Source of the DNA: a virus
Direction: 5' to 3' (one strand)
Virus record (IMG/VR): IMGVR_UViG_3300049571_000380
Span: 1-64,000 of that record
DNA: 64,000 nt
The position numbers were made by a program, and so were the translations under genes. Under the pieces are notes generated by a model, which saw only the letters and a list, made by a program, of their open reading frames with translations, made no database searches and was not told the origin of the DNA. This document shows, piece by piece, positions 45,951-54,996 of this stretch; the stretch's first letter is position 1; every line of letters begins with the position of its first letter.

Positions 45951-46087
45951 CGGGCGCCGCGTCGTGGCGACAGGCCAAACACCACCACACTCATGGCTGC
46001 CATTGCAGGTGTGGGGTTGCTGACGGCATGTCATGTGATCAAGAAACGTGCAGGTCAGAGCGCTACCGCACTTCAGGACCAGGAACG

Positions 46088-46103
46088 TGTGACGCAGATC
46101 ACA
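46088..46103. promoter_or_regulatory. Crp/Fnr-family consensus box TGTGA-N6-TCACA
   Basis: TGTGACGCAGATCACA. Confidence 0.55.
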
Positions 46104-46332
46104 ATGGGCTCTGACCTGCGGAAACGACGAGTTCAAGATTTTTCTCGAAAAAGGTTCTCGCAACTCTTGCACCTGCGGAAACGTCAGACACGAATCTGTT
46201 TGTGCAGGTCAGAGGCATGGAGATCGTACCGGACTTCACGACACGAAACGGACATGTACGACAGATGGGTCAAGAATTTGCGGTGAGCAAACGGATGAGC
46301 AAATCGGTAGGTGTAGCAAGCATCGATAAAAA

Positions 46333-46348
46333 TGTGACGCAGGTCACA
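46333..46348. promoter_or_regulatory. Crp/Fnr-family consensus box TGTGA-N6-TCACA
   Basis: TGTGACGCAGGTCACA with AAAAA 5' flank and T 3' flank. Confidence 0.55.
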
Positions 46349-47084
46349 TGTACAAACTCGGACATAGCTACGCGAGACAGGCAGGGACGGGGAGGGTTTC
46401 GGGTGCGAGGAAGGTGACCCAACCTGTGTGCATAGCTCCCACATGTCCGGTTCATACACGTACGCGCACGTCAGCGCTGCGACCTGCGATGTATATACAG
46501 AGAGTGAGAAGCAAGTGAGGGTCAACCACTCTTAGTTACTTATGTGAGCGGGATCGCTCCGCTTTCTCGCGCTCGAAACCGGTACAGCGAACTGTCGAAA
46601 CCGCAGGTCACAGCGTTGTCCCGAATGTCGGAGTTTGCAGTGATCATGCTGCTGACCTGCGGAAACTCGGAATGCTCCCGGAGTGCAGCACGTCTAGCGC
46701 GCTCCCACATTGCAGGAACATGTGTGTAGGTATGTCTGATTTGAGAGGGAAGGGAAGGGTGTGGGAAGAATGCGAAGCTGAGGGGGAGTGAGCTGCACAG
46801 ATGAGCACGTGAGTACACATGTGAGCAGTGAGCGGGAGCGCAGGGGTGCGAGCGCACGCGCGTGCATGCGCGTGCGCTCGGGTGCGGGTGCGCGGACGCG
46901 TCGCGCGTGGCGCGCGTGTGCCTGCCCGCCCGGGTGCCTGTGAGCGCGCATGCTGCGCCCCGGTACGGGGTGCCATGGGGGGGCGCGTGAGCGGGTGATC
47001 ACTCGGTATGCAGGGTGCGCATGATCATGCGTTTATCTGTGCGGGTGAGCGCACGTGAGCGGGAGCGGGAACGCGCGGGAATTC

Positions 47085-47580
47085 AGGGGGAATGCGGGAG
47101 CACTCGGAACGGGAATGCGCGGGTATCTCGATATCGGTATTTCGCATTCACGTCTGTACTGCTCACACCTATTACACACATACACATGAACCTATGCAGT
47201 GCAAGGAAAGCGGGAGGTGAGAGAAAAGGAAAGCGAGGGGAAACGGGAAGCGCATTCGGAATCGGTATAGCTGCTATCTCTCGCCACTCACACAGGGAAT
47301 GCGGGGAGAAATGCAACAGATGGAATGCAGGGGGAGTGCGCAGCAATGGGAGGGATGGAATGCAGGGGGATCAACAGCTAGCTAATGCAGGGATACCCAG
47401 GCTCTATCCACCAGCTCTGCATCTCACGTCAACGCACACATACATGCACAATGAATGCACATGGATATGCAAGGGAATGCGAGCGGGAGTGCGAGCGGTG
47501 CAGGTGGGAGAAAACCTGCGGGAAATTCGCGGGAAATTCTGTCGGGATTTACTCACGTTAGAAAACCAAATGCGGAATTT
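47085..47580 (+). repeat. G-rich tract with repeated (G)GAATGC/RAATGC hexamers
   Basis: GGAATGC at 47089, 47112, 47296, 47322, 47357, 47474 plus variants. Confidence 0.6.
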
Positions 47581-47635
47581 AATTTGAATTTGGGTCCCAG
47601 GTTAGGACCATGCATCCATCCCCGCACTTTTCGCT

Positions 47636-47878
47636 TCAGCCGTTTTGTACCTTCTCCGTGCGATCCCTCAGAGCCGCGAGCACCTCTTGTGCCGAGAGTT
47701 CGCTCCGCAGTTCCTTGCTCTTCAGCCACTGCCGGTGTGTGAAGATCACGCATTCCATCGAGCAGAACGGATCCCCGGAGAGCTTCCAGCACACGGGCCC
47801 TTCTCCCGTTGCATCGTCGTCCGGCGGGATCTCGTCGCCACAGCGGGGGCACTGCGCGGAATCAGTAGGAGTAGTCAT
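47636..47878 (-). CDS. small Zn-binding protein (CxxC...FCSxEC)
   Basis: CPRCG and FCSMEC motifs. Confidence 0.5.
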   Translation of the reverse strand: MTTPTDSAQCPRCGDEIPPDDDATGEGPVCWKLSGDPFCSMECVIFTHRQWLKSKELRSELSAQEVLAALRDRTEKVQNG

Positions 47879-47980
47879 CGCAGATTCCCAGCTTTGTCAG
47901 GATCCAGTGAAGCGGTGAACGGATGCGAAGGCACCGGGGGCACACCAGTGCGTTCCCGATCCACGCCTTCGTGCGCGCCT

Positions 47981-48310
47981 TCACCGGCACTCGTTCAGCG
48001 CGTAGGGAAGCATCGCGGTCGCCTCCGGCTGGGAGTAGCCCGCCGCCTCGATCGCCGCCAGCATGAGCCGGTAGTCCGGGGAAGAACTCGCGGTCGCACT
48101 TCCGCCGATCTCACCCTCACCGGGAAGGGGTCCGGCGGCTGCCGCGCAGACGGCCGCCTGCTCGTCCCAGGTCATGTCGTTCCAGCGCTCGGAGACCTTC
48201 TTCAGGTCCGCCGAGGCCGTCGATGAGGGCTCGGGGGTGTCCGAATCCCCGCCGGAACAGGCGGTGAGCGCCGCCAGGAGCACGGGAACGACCAGCAGGG
48301 ACCTCTTCAT
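47981..48310 (-). CDS. lipoprotein
   Basis: MKRSLLVVPVLLAALTAC lipobox; AAGGAG RBS. Confidence 0.75.
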   Translation of the reverse strand: MKRSLLVVPVLLAALTACSGGDSDTPEPSSTASADLKKVSERWNDMTWDEQAAVCAAAAGPLPGEGEIGGSATASSSPDYRLMLAAIEAAGYSQPEATAMLPYALNECR

Positions 48311-48462
48311 GGGGTGCTCCTTGGGGAAAACCATCCGGGATACCCGGAATCCTAAGTCCTGAGCCCGGAAAAATCTCGCTGCACACCCCCCTATGGGCCG
48401 AACTCCAGTTCGATTACAGGTTCCCCTTGGGAACGTCACCCCGGGTAGGGGATGGTGGGTGC

Positions 48463-48669
48463 ATGGACGTCACCGACATCAACGAGTTCAGGAAGAAGAG
48501 TGCTGCGAGTCAAGGGGGTTACGACGGTGCCGTGTGCCGCTTCTGCGGTGAGGCGTGGTTCCAGCTCAACGGGGATCCGGTCGGCCTGGTGTGCATCTCG
48601 GAGGACGGCTCGATCACGGGATACGCCGGATACCTGTACTGCTCCTCGTGCGGGAGGCCCCATCGGTGA
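48463..48669 (+). CDS. small Zn-ribbon protein
   Basis: CRFCG...CSSCG motifs. Confidence 0.55.
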   Translation: MDVTDINEFRKKSAASQGGYDGAVCRFCGEAWFQLNGDPVGLVCISEDGSITGYAGYLYCSSCGRPHR

Positions 48670-48737
48670 TCCGATGTGCTACCCGCGTAGAGTTCCTTCC
48701 GTGCAGAGTTAGTTACTCTCACCCGTAATTATCTCTG

Positions 48738-49028
48738 CTAAGAGCCTTCGCAGTGTTCGGAGGTCTCCAGGGGAGAGGGCCCCGTGCCCATGAAGCCGAT
48801 GCCTGCGCCGGAGGTGTAGACGACATCGATGTCCGAGCCTTCGCGTCCCGGTAAGGCCAGCTTCACCCGGTCCGCCTCGACGGCCGCGAAGCGCAGCTCC
48901 TCGCGGTGGGTGTCCAGGAAACCGCCCCAGATGTACAGGCCACGGTTCTTGCTGGAGTCGATGAACGCCGTCACGCCGACGGTCTCGCCGTCCAGGGTGA
49001 GCACCGCAGGACCCACGTAGAAATCCAT
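48738..49028 (-). CDS. DUF4873-like beta-barrel protein (copy 3)
   Basis: YVGPAVLTLDG...WGGFL...GTGPSPL. Confidence 0.55.
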   Translation of the reverse strand: MDFYVGPAVLTLDGETVGVTAFIDSSKNRGLYIWGGFLDTHREELRFAAVEADRVKLALPGREGSDIDVVYTSGAGIGFMGTGPSPLETSEHCEGS

Positions 49029-49142
49029 CGCCATAGGGTGATCATGCAGCACGGAAGCGGTCCCCGTCCTGCTTGTGGAGACCGCTTCCCGGTGCGCTTC
49101 GGACCAGAGGCACCTTTTCGGTTGTCTCCGGTTCCTGCCCCC

Positions 49143-49451
49143 TCACACCCAGGACAGTCCTCTGGTCCTGTCCGTCGCCCCGAACGGGGGTTCTCCGTGG
49201 CCGGTGACAGTCAGCGGCCCGTCGGCGGGATCGCCCTCGCTGATCGTCACGTAGGTCTCGGGTCCGCCGATCGTCAGGAAGGCGTGATCCGAATGGAGGA
49301 TCAGGCCCTGGTCACGGGTGGAGATCACGTGCAGCACGCCGCCCCAGTAGCAGATGCCCTCGCCCTGATAGGAGGCGAGCTGCACGACGCCGTCGACCGT
49401 CTTGCCCTCGACCACCACGAAGGCGGGACCCTCGTACCGGTCGAGAATCAC
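49143..49451 (-). CDS. DUF4873-like protein (copy 2)
   Basis: YEGPAFVVVEG...WGGVL...VTGHGEPPF. Confidence 0.6.
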   Translation of the reverse strand: MILDRYEGPAFVVVEGKTVDGVVQLASYQGEGICYWGGVLHVISTRDQGLILHSDHAFLTIGGPETYVTISEGDPADGPLTVTGHGEPPFGATDRTRGLSWV

Positions 49452-49720
49452 TTCAGCTCCGGAGGAACGGCGCGCAGACCGGAGATCCGCAGGACCGGGG
49501 ATTCCTCGTTCGTGCGGCGCGGGGAGAAGGAGTGCGGCTCCTCGGTGTTGAAGGTGAGGAAGCGGTTGTTGAACCGGGCCTCCATCACCAGCTCCGCCCC
49601 GGCCGTCGAGCGCATCGTCAGGAAGCCGCCCCAGAATCCCTCCACCGCCACGAGGTGGGCCTTCGCGTTCAGCAGCGCGTCACCGGCCACCACGAGGACT
49701 TCACCGTCGTACGTCCTCAC
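49448..49720 (-). CDS. DUF4873-like protein (copy 1)
   Basis: YDGEVLVVAGD...WGGFL...ISGLRAVP. Confidence 0.5.
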   Translation of the reverse strand: MRTYDGEVLVVAGDALLNAKAHLVAVEGFWGGFLTMRSTAGAELVMEARFNNRFLTFNTEEPHSFSPRRTNEESPVLRISGLRAVPPELK

Positions 49721-49854
49721 AGATCCCCCAGGGTTTCCTTGCGGTAGCGGGCGCGCTCGTGGGCCCGGATCGTCTTCTCGCTGAGCAGGGAGGAGACGAT
49801 GCCGGAGGCCATGCCGATCAGGCAGGCCAGCAGCAGGAGCAGCCAGGGACTCAC
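49717..49854 (-). CDS. 45-aa membrane microprotein
   Basis: SPWLLLLLACLIGMASGIVSSLL; coupled to thyX stop. Confidence 0.55.
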   Translation of the reverse strand: MSPWLLLLLACLIGMASGIVSSLLSEKTIRAHERARYRKETLGDL

Positions 49855-50639
49855 ACCTTCCTCCAGCTCGGGATCCAGGCGCCGTCCTCGGTTACCTCGT
49901 AGTCCCCGAACAAGGCGGGGGCCTCGGACTTCATGATCTCGCCGACCCGGTTGAAGACCAGGCGGATCTCCTCCTCGGCCTGCGGGGAGGTGCGCAGCTC
50001 GATCACGTGCCTCAGTGTGCGCAGGTTCGCCGTCCAGACCAGGCCCGTGGCCACACCCTGCGGGGAGAACCGGCGCATGAAGGAGGTCTTGAGCTTCTTC
50101 TCGTGGAAGGAAGTGCCTTCCTCGTCGAGCCCGAAGTGCTCGGTCATCCAGCCCTGGAACTCCTCCATGTCCTTCAGGAGCTTGTTCCCCCGCTCGCGCA
50201 GCTCGTCGTCGCCGTCGGTCCAGGCGGGCCACCAGAACGGGAAGTCGTCCAGACGCACGAACCGCAAGGACTCCTGGGAGATCCCCACGCCCACCCGGTG
50301 GCGCACGTGGTCATGGGTGAAGACGCGGCTGACGTTGTGGAACACGAACGTGAAGCTGGCGTGCTCCAGGACGGAGCCGTGCATGCTGGCCAGCACGTTC
50401 TTCAGGTAGCCCGGCTGGTCCTCGCGGACCCGGGTGACGTTCGGGTTCAGGCCCGGTTCCCAGCTCCGGTAGCAGATGCGCCCGGCGAACTCGACGAGGT
50501 CTTCCGCGTCGAACGTCTCGCCCCGGTCGATCCTCTCCAGCCAACGCGTGCCGCCGACGTCCTCCAGGTAGGCCGCGATCTCCTCGTAATCCAGGGAGGG
50601 CCTGTTGATCAGGTACACCTGGGGCTTGACCTCGTGCAC
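49851..50639 (-). CDS. thyX: FAD-dependent thymidylate synthase
   Basis: GRICYRSW, HGSVLEH, VSRVFTH..RHRVGVGISQESLRFV, NLRTLRHVIELRTSPQAEEEIR. Confidence 0.95.
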   Translation of the reverse strand: MHEVKPQVYLINRPSLDYEEIAAYLEDVGGTRWLERIDRGETFDAEDLVEFAGRICYRSWEPGLNPNVTRVREDQPGYLKNVLASMHGSVLEHASFTFVFHNVSRVFTHDHVRHRVGVGISQESLRFVRLDDFPFWWPAWTDGDDELRERGNKLLKDMEEFQGWMTEHFGLDEEGTSFHEKKLKTSFMRRFSPQGVATGLVWTANLRTLRHVIELRTSPQAEEEIRLVFNRVGEIMKSEAPALFGDYEVTEDGAWIPSWRKV

Positions 50640-50730
50640 TTCTTCCCCTTCTCCGCCCGGCTTCCTGCCGGGCCTGTCCGTTCAGCGGCGTGAGGATCCA
50701 TCCTCGCACCTTCCTGCGTATTTCCGCAGA

Positions 50731-51447
50731 TTACTCCTGAGTTTTCAGCCCCCATGCCAGCACATTCGTGAGCCCTGGCGTCTGGGCCACCGGGTCGTGC
50801 GGCCAGTCGCGGAGGTCGGCACCCTCCAGCTCGGGCCAGGGGGCGCCGCGCTCGATCAGGTGCTGGAGCAGAACATGGAACGGCGCGGTCGCCGGGAGCT
50901 GGTGGCGCAGGCCCACATGGGTCAGGCCGTGCCGGATCAGCAGGCCGGGCAGCGGGGCCGAGGAGGGCAGGTTCATGCGGTCGCAGAGCGCTTCCGAAAC
51001 CGCCTGGTACGGGCCGCGCGGCAGGTTGCGGGCCGGATAGTCGTCGGGGGCCTCGACGAGCAGCACGCCGCCGGGCTTCAGCCACCTCACCAGGTTCGAC
51101 AGGATGTTCCCCGCGAACGAGGGCAGCCAGCGGGCGTGCACCAGACCGAACCGGCGCGGCGGAAAGACCATCGGATCCTCCGGACCGGCGACACGGACCT
51201 CGATGCCCTCCTCGCGGGCGCCGTTGAAGGGATCGGCAAAGGGGTCGCGGTCAGTCAGGACGGTCCGGCCGTAGAGACTGAGGGCCCGCGCGGCTCCGGG
51301 CGCCCCGAAGGTCAGGAAGGGGCCCTCGGGGGCGAAGTACTCCATCAGTTCGTCCAGGACGGGAAAGGCAGCGTCGTCCAGGGCGGCCGAGAGCAGGCGT
51401 GAGTCGAAGAGCTTCATGTCCTGCACGTACCCGTCAGGTGTTGTCAC
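50731..51447 (-). CDS. class I SAM-dependent methyltransferase-like protein, degenerate motif I
   Basis: FGLVHARW...[14 protein letters not shown]; motif I reads LTFGAPGA. Confidence 0.6.
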   Translation of the reverse strand: MTTPDGYVQDMKLFDSRLLSAALDDAAFPVLDELMEYFAPEGPFLTFGAPGAARALSLYGRTVLTDRDPFADPFNGAREEGIEVRVAGPEDPMVFPPRRFGLVHARWLPSFAGNILSNLVRWLKPGGVLLVEAPDDYPARNLPRGPYQAVSEALCDRMNLPSSAPLPGLLIRHGLTHVGLRHQLPATAPFHVLLQHLIERGAPWPELEGADLRDWPHDPVAQTPGLTNVLAWGLKTQE

Positions 51448-51778
51448 TGGGCGTCCCTGTGGTTTCGTCGAGAATCACGATGTCGGCCGACGGGCCCCTG
51501 AAGTACGGCGGCTTCGGGCGCCCCTTCACCGCACTGGAGAACGGGAAGACCCTCGACTGCGTCCACCAGACGCCCGTCACGGAGTCCATGTGGCGCCAGC
51601 CCGGGTGCGGGCCGGGCTTCAGGTCGCAGGTCCAGTGGGTCACCTGGTCGCCGCAGAGGTGCGGGGTCTGGGCCAGCGTGGAGGTCGCCTGGCGCAGGCA
51701 CTCGATGTACTGCTCCAGCATGGCCGCCTGGATGGCGCGGGCCAGGATCTGCTCGGGGCGCTTCTTGCGCTTGGTCAC
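51434..51778 (-). CDS. hypothetical protein
   Basis: 114-aa coupled ORF; [13 protein letters not shown]. Confidence 0.55.
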   Translation of the reverse strand: MTKRKKRPEQILARAIQAAMLEQYIECLRQATSTLAQTPHLCGDQVTHWTCDLKPGPHPGWRHMDSVTGVWWTQSRVFPFSSAVKGRPKPPYFRGPSADIVILDETTGTPSDNT

Positions 51779-52137
51779 GAGACGTCGGCTTCCTCGTCGG
51801 TGGTCAGCCGCTCCATGCCCCAGACGCCGTCCTTCAGGAAGACGCGGAACCGGCCCGGCCTGCCCTCCGGGGGACCCGGCATGCCCATCAGGGCCAGGTG
51901 CAGTTCGCAGTCCATCAGGGCATCGTCGATGCGCTCGCGCAGCGGATGACGGATGGTGAACCCGGCGCCGCTGAAGTGCACCACATGGTCGGTCTGGTCG
52001 TCCTGGAGGATCCGGTGCGCCGAGTGCGGGTCGGGGCAGTCGTCACCCATGCAGATGATGCGGTTGACCGCCCGCATCTCCTCCGCGTAGAGCGTCTGGT
52101 TGCCGCAGGTGGGGCAGTGCCCTTCGAGCAGGATCAC
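51775..52137 (-). CDS. Zn-ribbon protein
   Basis: CPTCG...CMGDDCP. Confidence 0.55.
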   Translation of the reverse strand: MILLEGHCPTCGNQTLYAEEMRAVNRIICMGDDCPDPHSAHRILQDDQTDHVVHFSGAGFTIRHPLRERIDDALMDCELHLALMGMPGPPEGRPGRFRVFLKDGVWGMERLTTDEEADVS

Positions 52138-52586
52138 GTCTCGTCCTTTCCGTAGTAGCCGAACTCGTAGATCTTGTTCACGATCCGGGCCGCCAGATCT
52201 CCGACCAGGTAGGCCAGGATCTCCTCCCGGCTCATATCCTCGTGGGCCGAGCCGTCCTTCAGGCAGTCCTGGTTGTAGATGCTCATCGCCGCGTGCACCA
52301 CCTCGTGGCTGACCACGCTGGTACCGAGGGCGCCGTCGTACATCCGGATGTGGGCCGCCATGGGACTGCGCTTCTCGCTGCCGTCGGCGCCGATGTGCAG
52401 GACGTCGATGGTATGGGTCACGCCGTGGGCCAGGTAGTACTCGTCCTCGCGGATGTATCCCTCGCGCTGGCTGTGCTTCAGGGCGGCGTCACGCATCGAT
52501 CCGGCGTCCGAGTAGATGGAGACCCGCACGAACCGGCGGCTGCCGGAATGGCGGGTGCTCACCCGGAACGACTTCTCCAGGGCCAC
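52134..52586 (-). CDS. HEXXH-motif protein (putative metallopeptidase fold)
   Basis: VVSHEVVHAA followed by EEILAYLVG. Confidence 0.55.
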   Translation of the reverse strand: MALEKSFRVSTRHSGSRRFVRVSIYSDAGSMRDAALKHSQREGYIREDEYYLAHGVTHTIDVLHIGADGSEKRSPMAAHIRMYDGALGTSVVSHEVVHAAMSIYNQDCLKDGSAHEDMSREEILAYLVGDLAARIVNKIYEFGYYGKDET

Positions 52587-52645
52587 GAAGTTCTCCTTTC
52601 CCCGGATGGATTCTACCGGCGGAAGGGGGTGCGTAGACTGCCGTC

Positions 52646-53545
52646 ATGATCTGCACTTTCATCCCTCCGCACATGTCGAAGAAAGTCGCCGAGACCGACA
52701 AGTCTTTCAACGCCGGGATCAAGGTCGACACCACCCTGCGGGCCGACCGGCTCACCGCCGTCGCCCCCTCCGGTCCGATCCGCGTCTACACCGCCTCCAA
52801 CAAGGTGGCCATCCCCGGCTCGCTCGTCCAGGGCGGTGACGACGAAGCGGCCGAGCGGGTCAAGGGCAACGCCTACCTGATCAGTCAGCTCCTGGGTACC
52901 GACGAATTCCCCGACGGAGTCGTGCACTACGGCCGGGAGTACGCCAACGCCTTCTTCAACGGCAACTACCTCGTCTTCGGCGAGGGCGACGGAGCCGTGT
53001 TCGGCGACTTCACCAAGGCGCTCGACATCATGGCCCACGAGTTCGGCCACGCCCTCGTGTCGCTCGGCCCGGGTCTCATCTACTCCGGCGAGTCCGGCGC
53101 CCTGAACGAGCACCTGGCCGACGTCTTCGGCGCCTGCGTCCAGCAGTGGGTGAAGCAGGACCAGCACGACTGGCGCATCGGTGAGGAGATCCTGGTCGAC
53201 GGCCACTCGGCGGTCCGGCACATGCTGAACCCGGGCACCGCGTACGACAACGACGTGCTGGGCCGGGACCCGCAGCCGGGCCACATGGACCAGTACAAGA
53301 AGATCCGGGCCGACAACGGCGGCGTGCACATCAACTCCGGCATCCCCAACCGGGCCTTCGCCCTGCTCTGCGAGAAGACCGGAGAGCCGAGCTGGGGACG
53401 GCCGCTGGCGATGTGGCGCCGCGCGATGGAAGACCTCGGGCCGCGCTCGACCTTCAAGCAGCTCGCGCTGGCCACCTGGACGCACTCCGGCGGCCTGAAC
53501 CCTGCGGTGCGCGAGGCATGGGCCGAGGTCGGCATCTCGATCTGA
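52646..53545 (+). CDS. M4-family (protealysin-like) zinc metallopeptidase
   Basis: CTFIPPH propeptide, VHYG..Y.NAFF.G, HEFGH, SGALNEHLADVFG, DNGGVHINSGIPNRAF. Confidence 0.9.
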   Translation: MICTFIPPHMSKKVAETDKSFNAGIKVDTTLRADRLTAVAPSGPIRVYTASNKVAIPGSLVQGGDDEAAERVKGNAYLISQLLGTDEFPDGVVHYGREYANAFFNGNYLVFGEGDGAVFGDFTKALDIMAHEFGHALVSLGPGLIYSGESGALNEHLADVFGACVQQWVKQDQHDWRIGEEILVDGHSAVRHMLNPGTAYDNDVLGRDPQPGHMDQYKKIRADNGGVHINSGIPNRAFALLCEKTGEPSWGRPLAMWRRAMEDLGPRSTFKQLALATWTHSGGLNPAVREAWAEVGISI

Positions 53546-53624
53546 CCGGTTCGGTTTCCCGGAGCCGGACCGAACAACTTCCGTTGGCGCGTGGAACGGC
53601 GCGGCAACAGAATGGGGCGTTGCG

Positions 53625-53906
53625 TTGCAGTGGTGGAGCTGGGTGCTGACGGCTGTGGGCGTCTTCGGCCTGTAGCTGGCGGGCAGGAAGAGCCCCTGGG
53701 GATGGGCGGTGGGCCTGGCGGCTCAGGGGCTCTGGCTCGCGTACGCCATCAGTACGAGGCAATACGGTTTCCTCGTCTCGGCGGGTTGCTACGGCTGGGT
53801 GTATCTCACGAACTTCCGTGCGTGGCGCAGGCCCGTTTCTCCTGAATCCGGGGAAGCCCGTGATGGTCTGGATTCATGGCAGAAACCCGAGAGATCATCG
53901 TCGTGA
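53625..53906 (+). pseudogene. small multi-pass membrane protein (PnuC-like actinophage family) interrupted by in-frame TAG at 53673-53675
   Basis: MQWWSWVLTAVGVFGL*LAGRKSPWGWAVGLAAQGLWLAYAISTRQYGF reads continuously across the stop. Confidence 0.65.
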
Positions 53907-54022
53907 TGGACGTGGACCGGGAGGCGGTCCGGTTGTGGTTCGAGAAGATCCAGAGCCAGGCCCGGCACCCGCAGTACCAGGGCGGAATCCGGATCATCGG
54001 GCCCGTCGAGGTCGAGGAGTAG
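53876..54022 (+). CDS. 48-aa hypothetical protein
   Basis: read by hand: MAETREIIVVMDVDRE... Confidence 0.45.
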   Translation: MAETREIIVVMDVDREAVRLWFEKIQSQARHPQYQGGIRIIGPVEVEE

Positions 54023-54065
54023 CGCGCTGGCCTGCGCGTTTATCAGACGTTCAGGAGATGAGGGC

Positions 54066-54647
54066 ATGGCACACGATTCGCTCGCCCAGGTGATGGTGGA
54101 CTACGCCGCGCAGGGCATGACGCTCGCGCAGATCGCCGCCCGGACCGGGATGGAGATTGAGGCCGTCCACGAGCGGATGAACGCGTACCTCGAAGACCAG
54201 GCGACGAGCATGTCCATCGTGCAGATGCGCATGCTCCAGCTCGCCCGGCTGGAAAGGATCCTCGGCGCCCTGTGGCAGCAGGTGATGGACGGAGACCTCC
54301 TTACCCAGGGCCGCAACGCGAAGAACCTGATCGAGACGGTCCGCGAGATCACCGAGCTGATGGACCTGAAGAAGGACCGGCTGCGCGACGAGCAGATCCG
54401 GCTCACCCAGGCGCAGACCCAGCTCGTCACCACGGCGATCGAAGCCCTTCGGGTCGGCATGCTGGAGAAGGTCGTCGAGCTGCTGCCCGAGGAGTCCCGG
54501 GAAGCCGTTGAGCAGATGTGGGGCGAGGTCTTCCCTGCCATGGCCGCCGATGCCATCGCCCGAAACTCGGCCGCGATCGTCAAGGTGGGCGGCAACAGCA
54601 CGACCGGACCCATCGAACTGGAGCCGGTGATGGAGGAGTTCGACTGA
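54066..54647 (+). CDS. probable terminase small subunit (N-terminal HTH)
   Basis: GMTLAQIAARTG HTH then RMLQLARLERILGALWQQVMDGD, typical actinophage TerS pattern; upstream of TerL. Confidence 0.6.
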   Translation: MAHDSLAQVMVDYAAQGMTLAQIAARTGMEIEAVHERMNAYLEDQATSMSIVQMRMLQLARLERILGALWQQVMDGDLLTQGRNAKNLIETVREITELMDLKKDRLRDEQIRLTQAQTQLVTTAIEALRVGMLEKVVELLPEESREAVEQMWGEVFPAMAADAIARNSAAIVKVGGNSTTGPIELEPVMEEFD

Positions 54648-54991
54648 TGCCCCTCGATGCGTACGTGGAGCGCTGGGCGCAGAACCCTGACGGCGGCGGC
54701 GTATTCACCGGTCAGCGCGACCTGATCCTCGCCCACGACCAGGACTGCGGGTCGCTGAAGAGCGCCTGGCTGCCGCGCCGGAAAGGGGTCTCCTGCCCGA
54801 GCGACCTGATGGAGTGCGAGACCTGCGGAATCACGTTCTTCTGGGAGGGGCTGACCGGCCTCTTCGACGACTGCCCGGAGTCGTTCTGGTACTTCTGCCG
54901 CTGCTGCGCCGAGAAGATCGTCCAGTGTCCATGCGGTGGCGACTGCATCCGTGATCCGAATGGACAAACTCTGTCGCCTGCTGTTGACTAA
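54647..54991 (+). CDS. Cys-rich Zn-binding protein
   Basis: CETCG, CRCC, CPCGGDC; coupled start. Confidence 0.55.
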   Translation: MPLDAYVERWAQNPDGGGVFTGQRDLILAHDQDCGSLKSAWLPRRKGVSCPSDLMECETCGITFFWEGLTGLFDDCPESFWYFCRCCAEKIVQCPCGGDCIRDPNGQTLSPAVD

Positions 54992-54996
54992 GTTGC

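Larger units (their letters stand above)
46040..46670. repeat. dispersed GCAGGTCA/TGACCTGC and ACCTGCGGAAAC motif cluster around an AT-rich core
   Basis: about 8 copies in both orientations; TGTATATACA palindrome 46490-46499. Confidence 0.65.

Noticed and set aside
45601-47587. ORFs called in the 45.6-47.6 kb region (e.g. 45780-46286, 47015-47587)
   Set aside because: Atypical codon usage, Arg/Ala/Cys-rich low-complexity translations and no RBS; treated as non-coding
44960-47600. tRNA, tmRNA or group I/II intron in the non-coding block
   Set aside because: No cloverleaf with T-loop GTTCRA/CCA end and no intron domain V or P7 motifs recognised by eye; needs tRNAscan/Infernal to exclude fully
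49851-50639. thyX as a sign of hypermodified bases
   Set aside because: Standard ThyX motifs and no accompanying base-modification enzymes recognised; ordinary nucleotide-supply gene
53546-53906. Possible emfourin (M4 inhibitor) gene after the M4 peptidase
   Set aside because: Downstream sequence is a hairpin plus the amber-split membrane gene; no emfourin-like ORF
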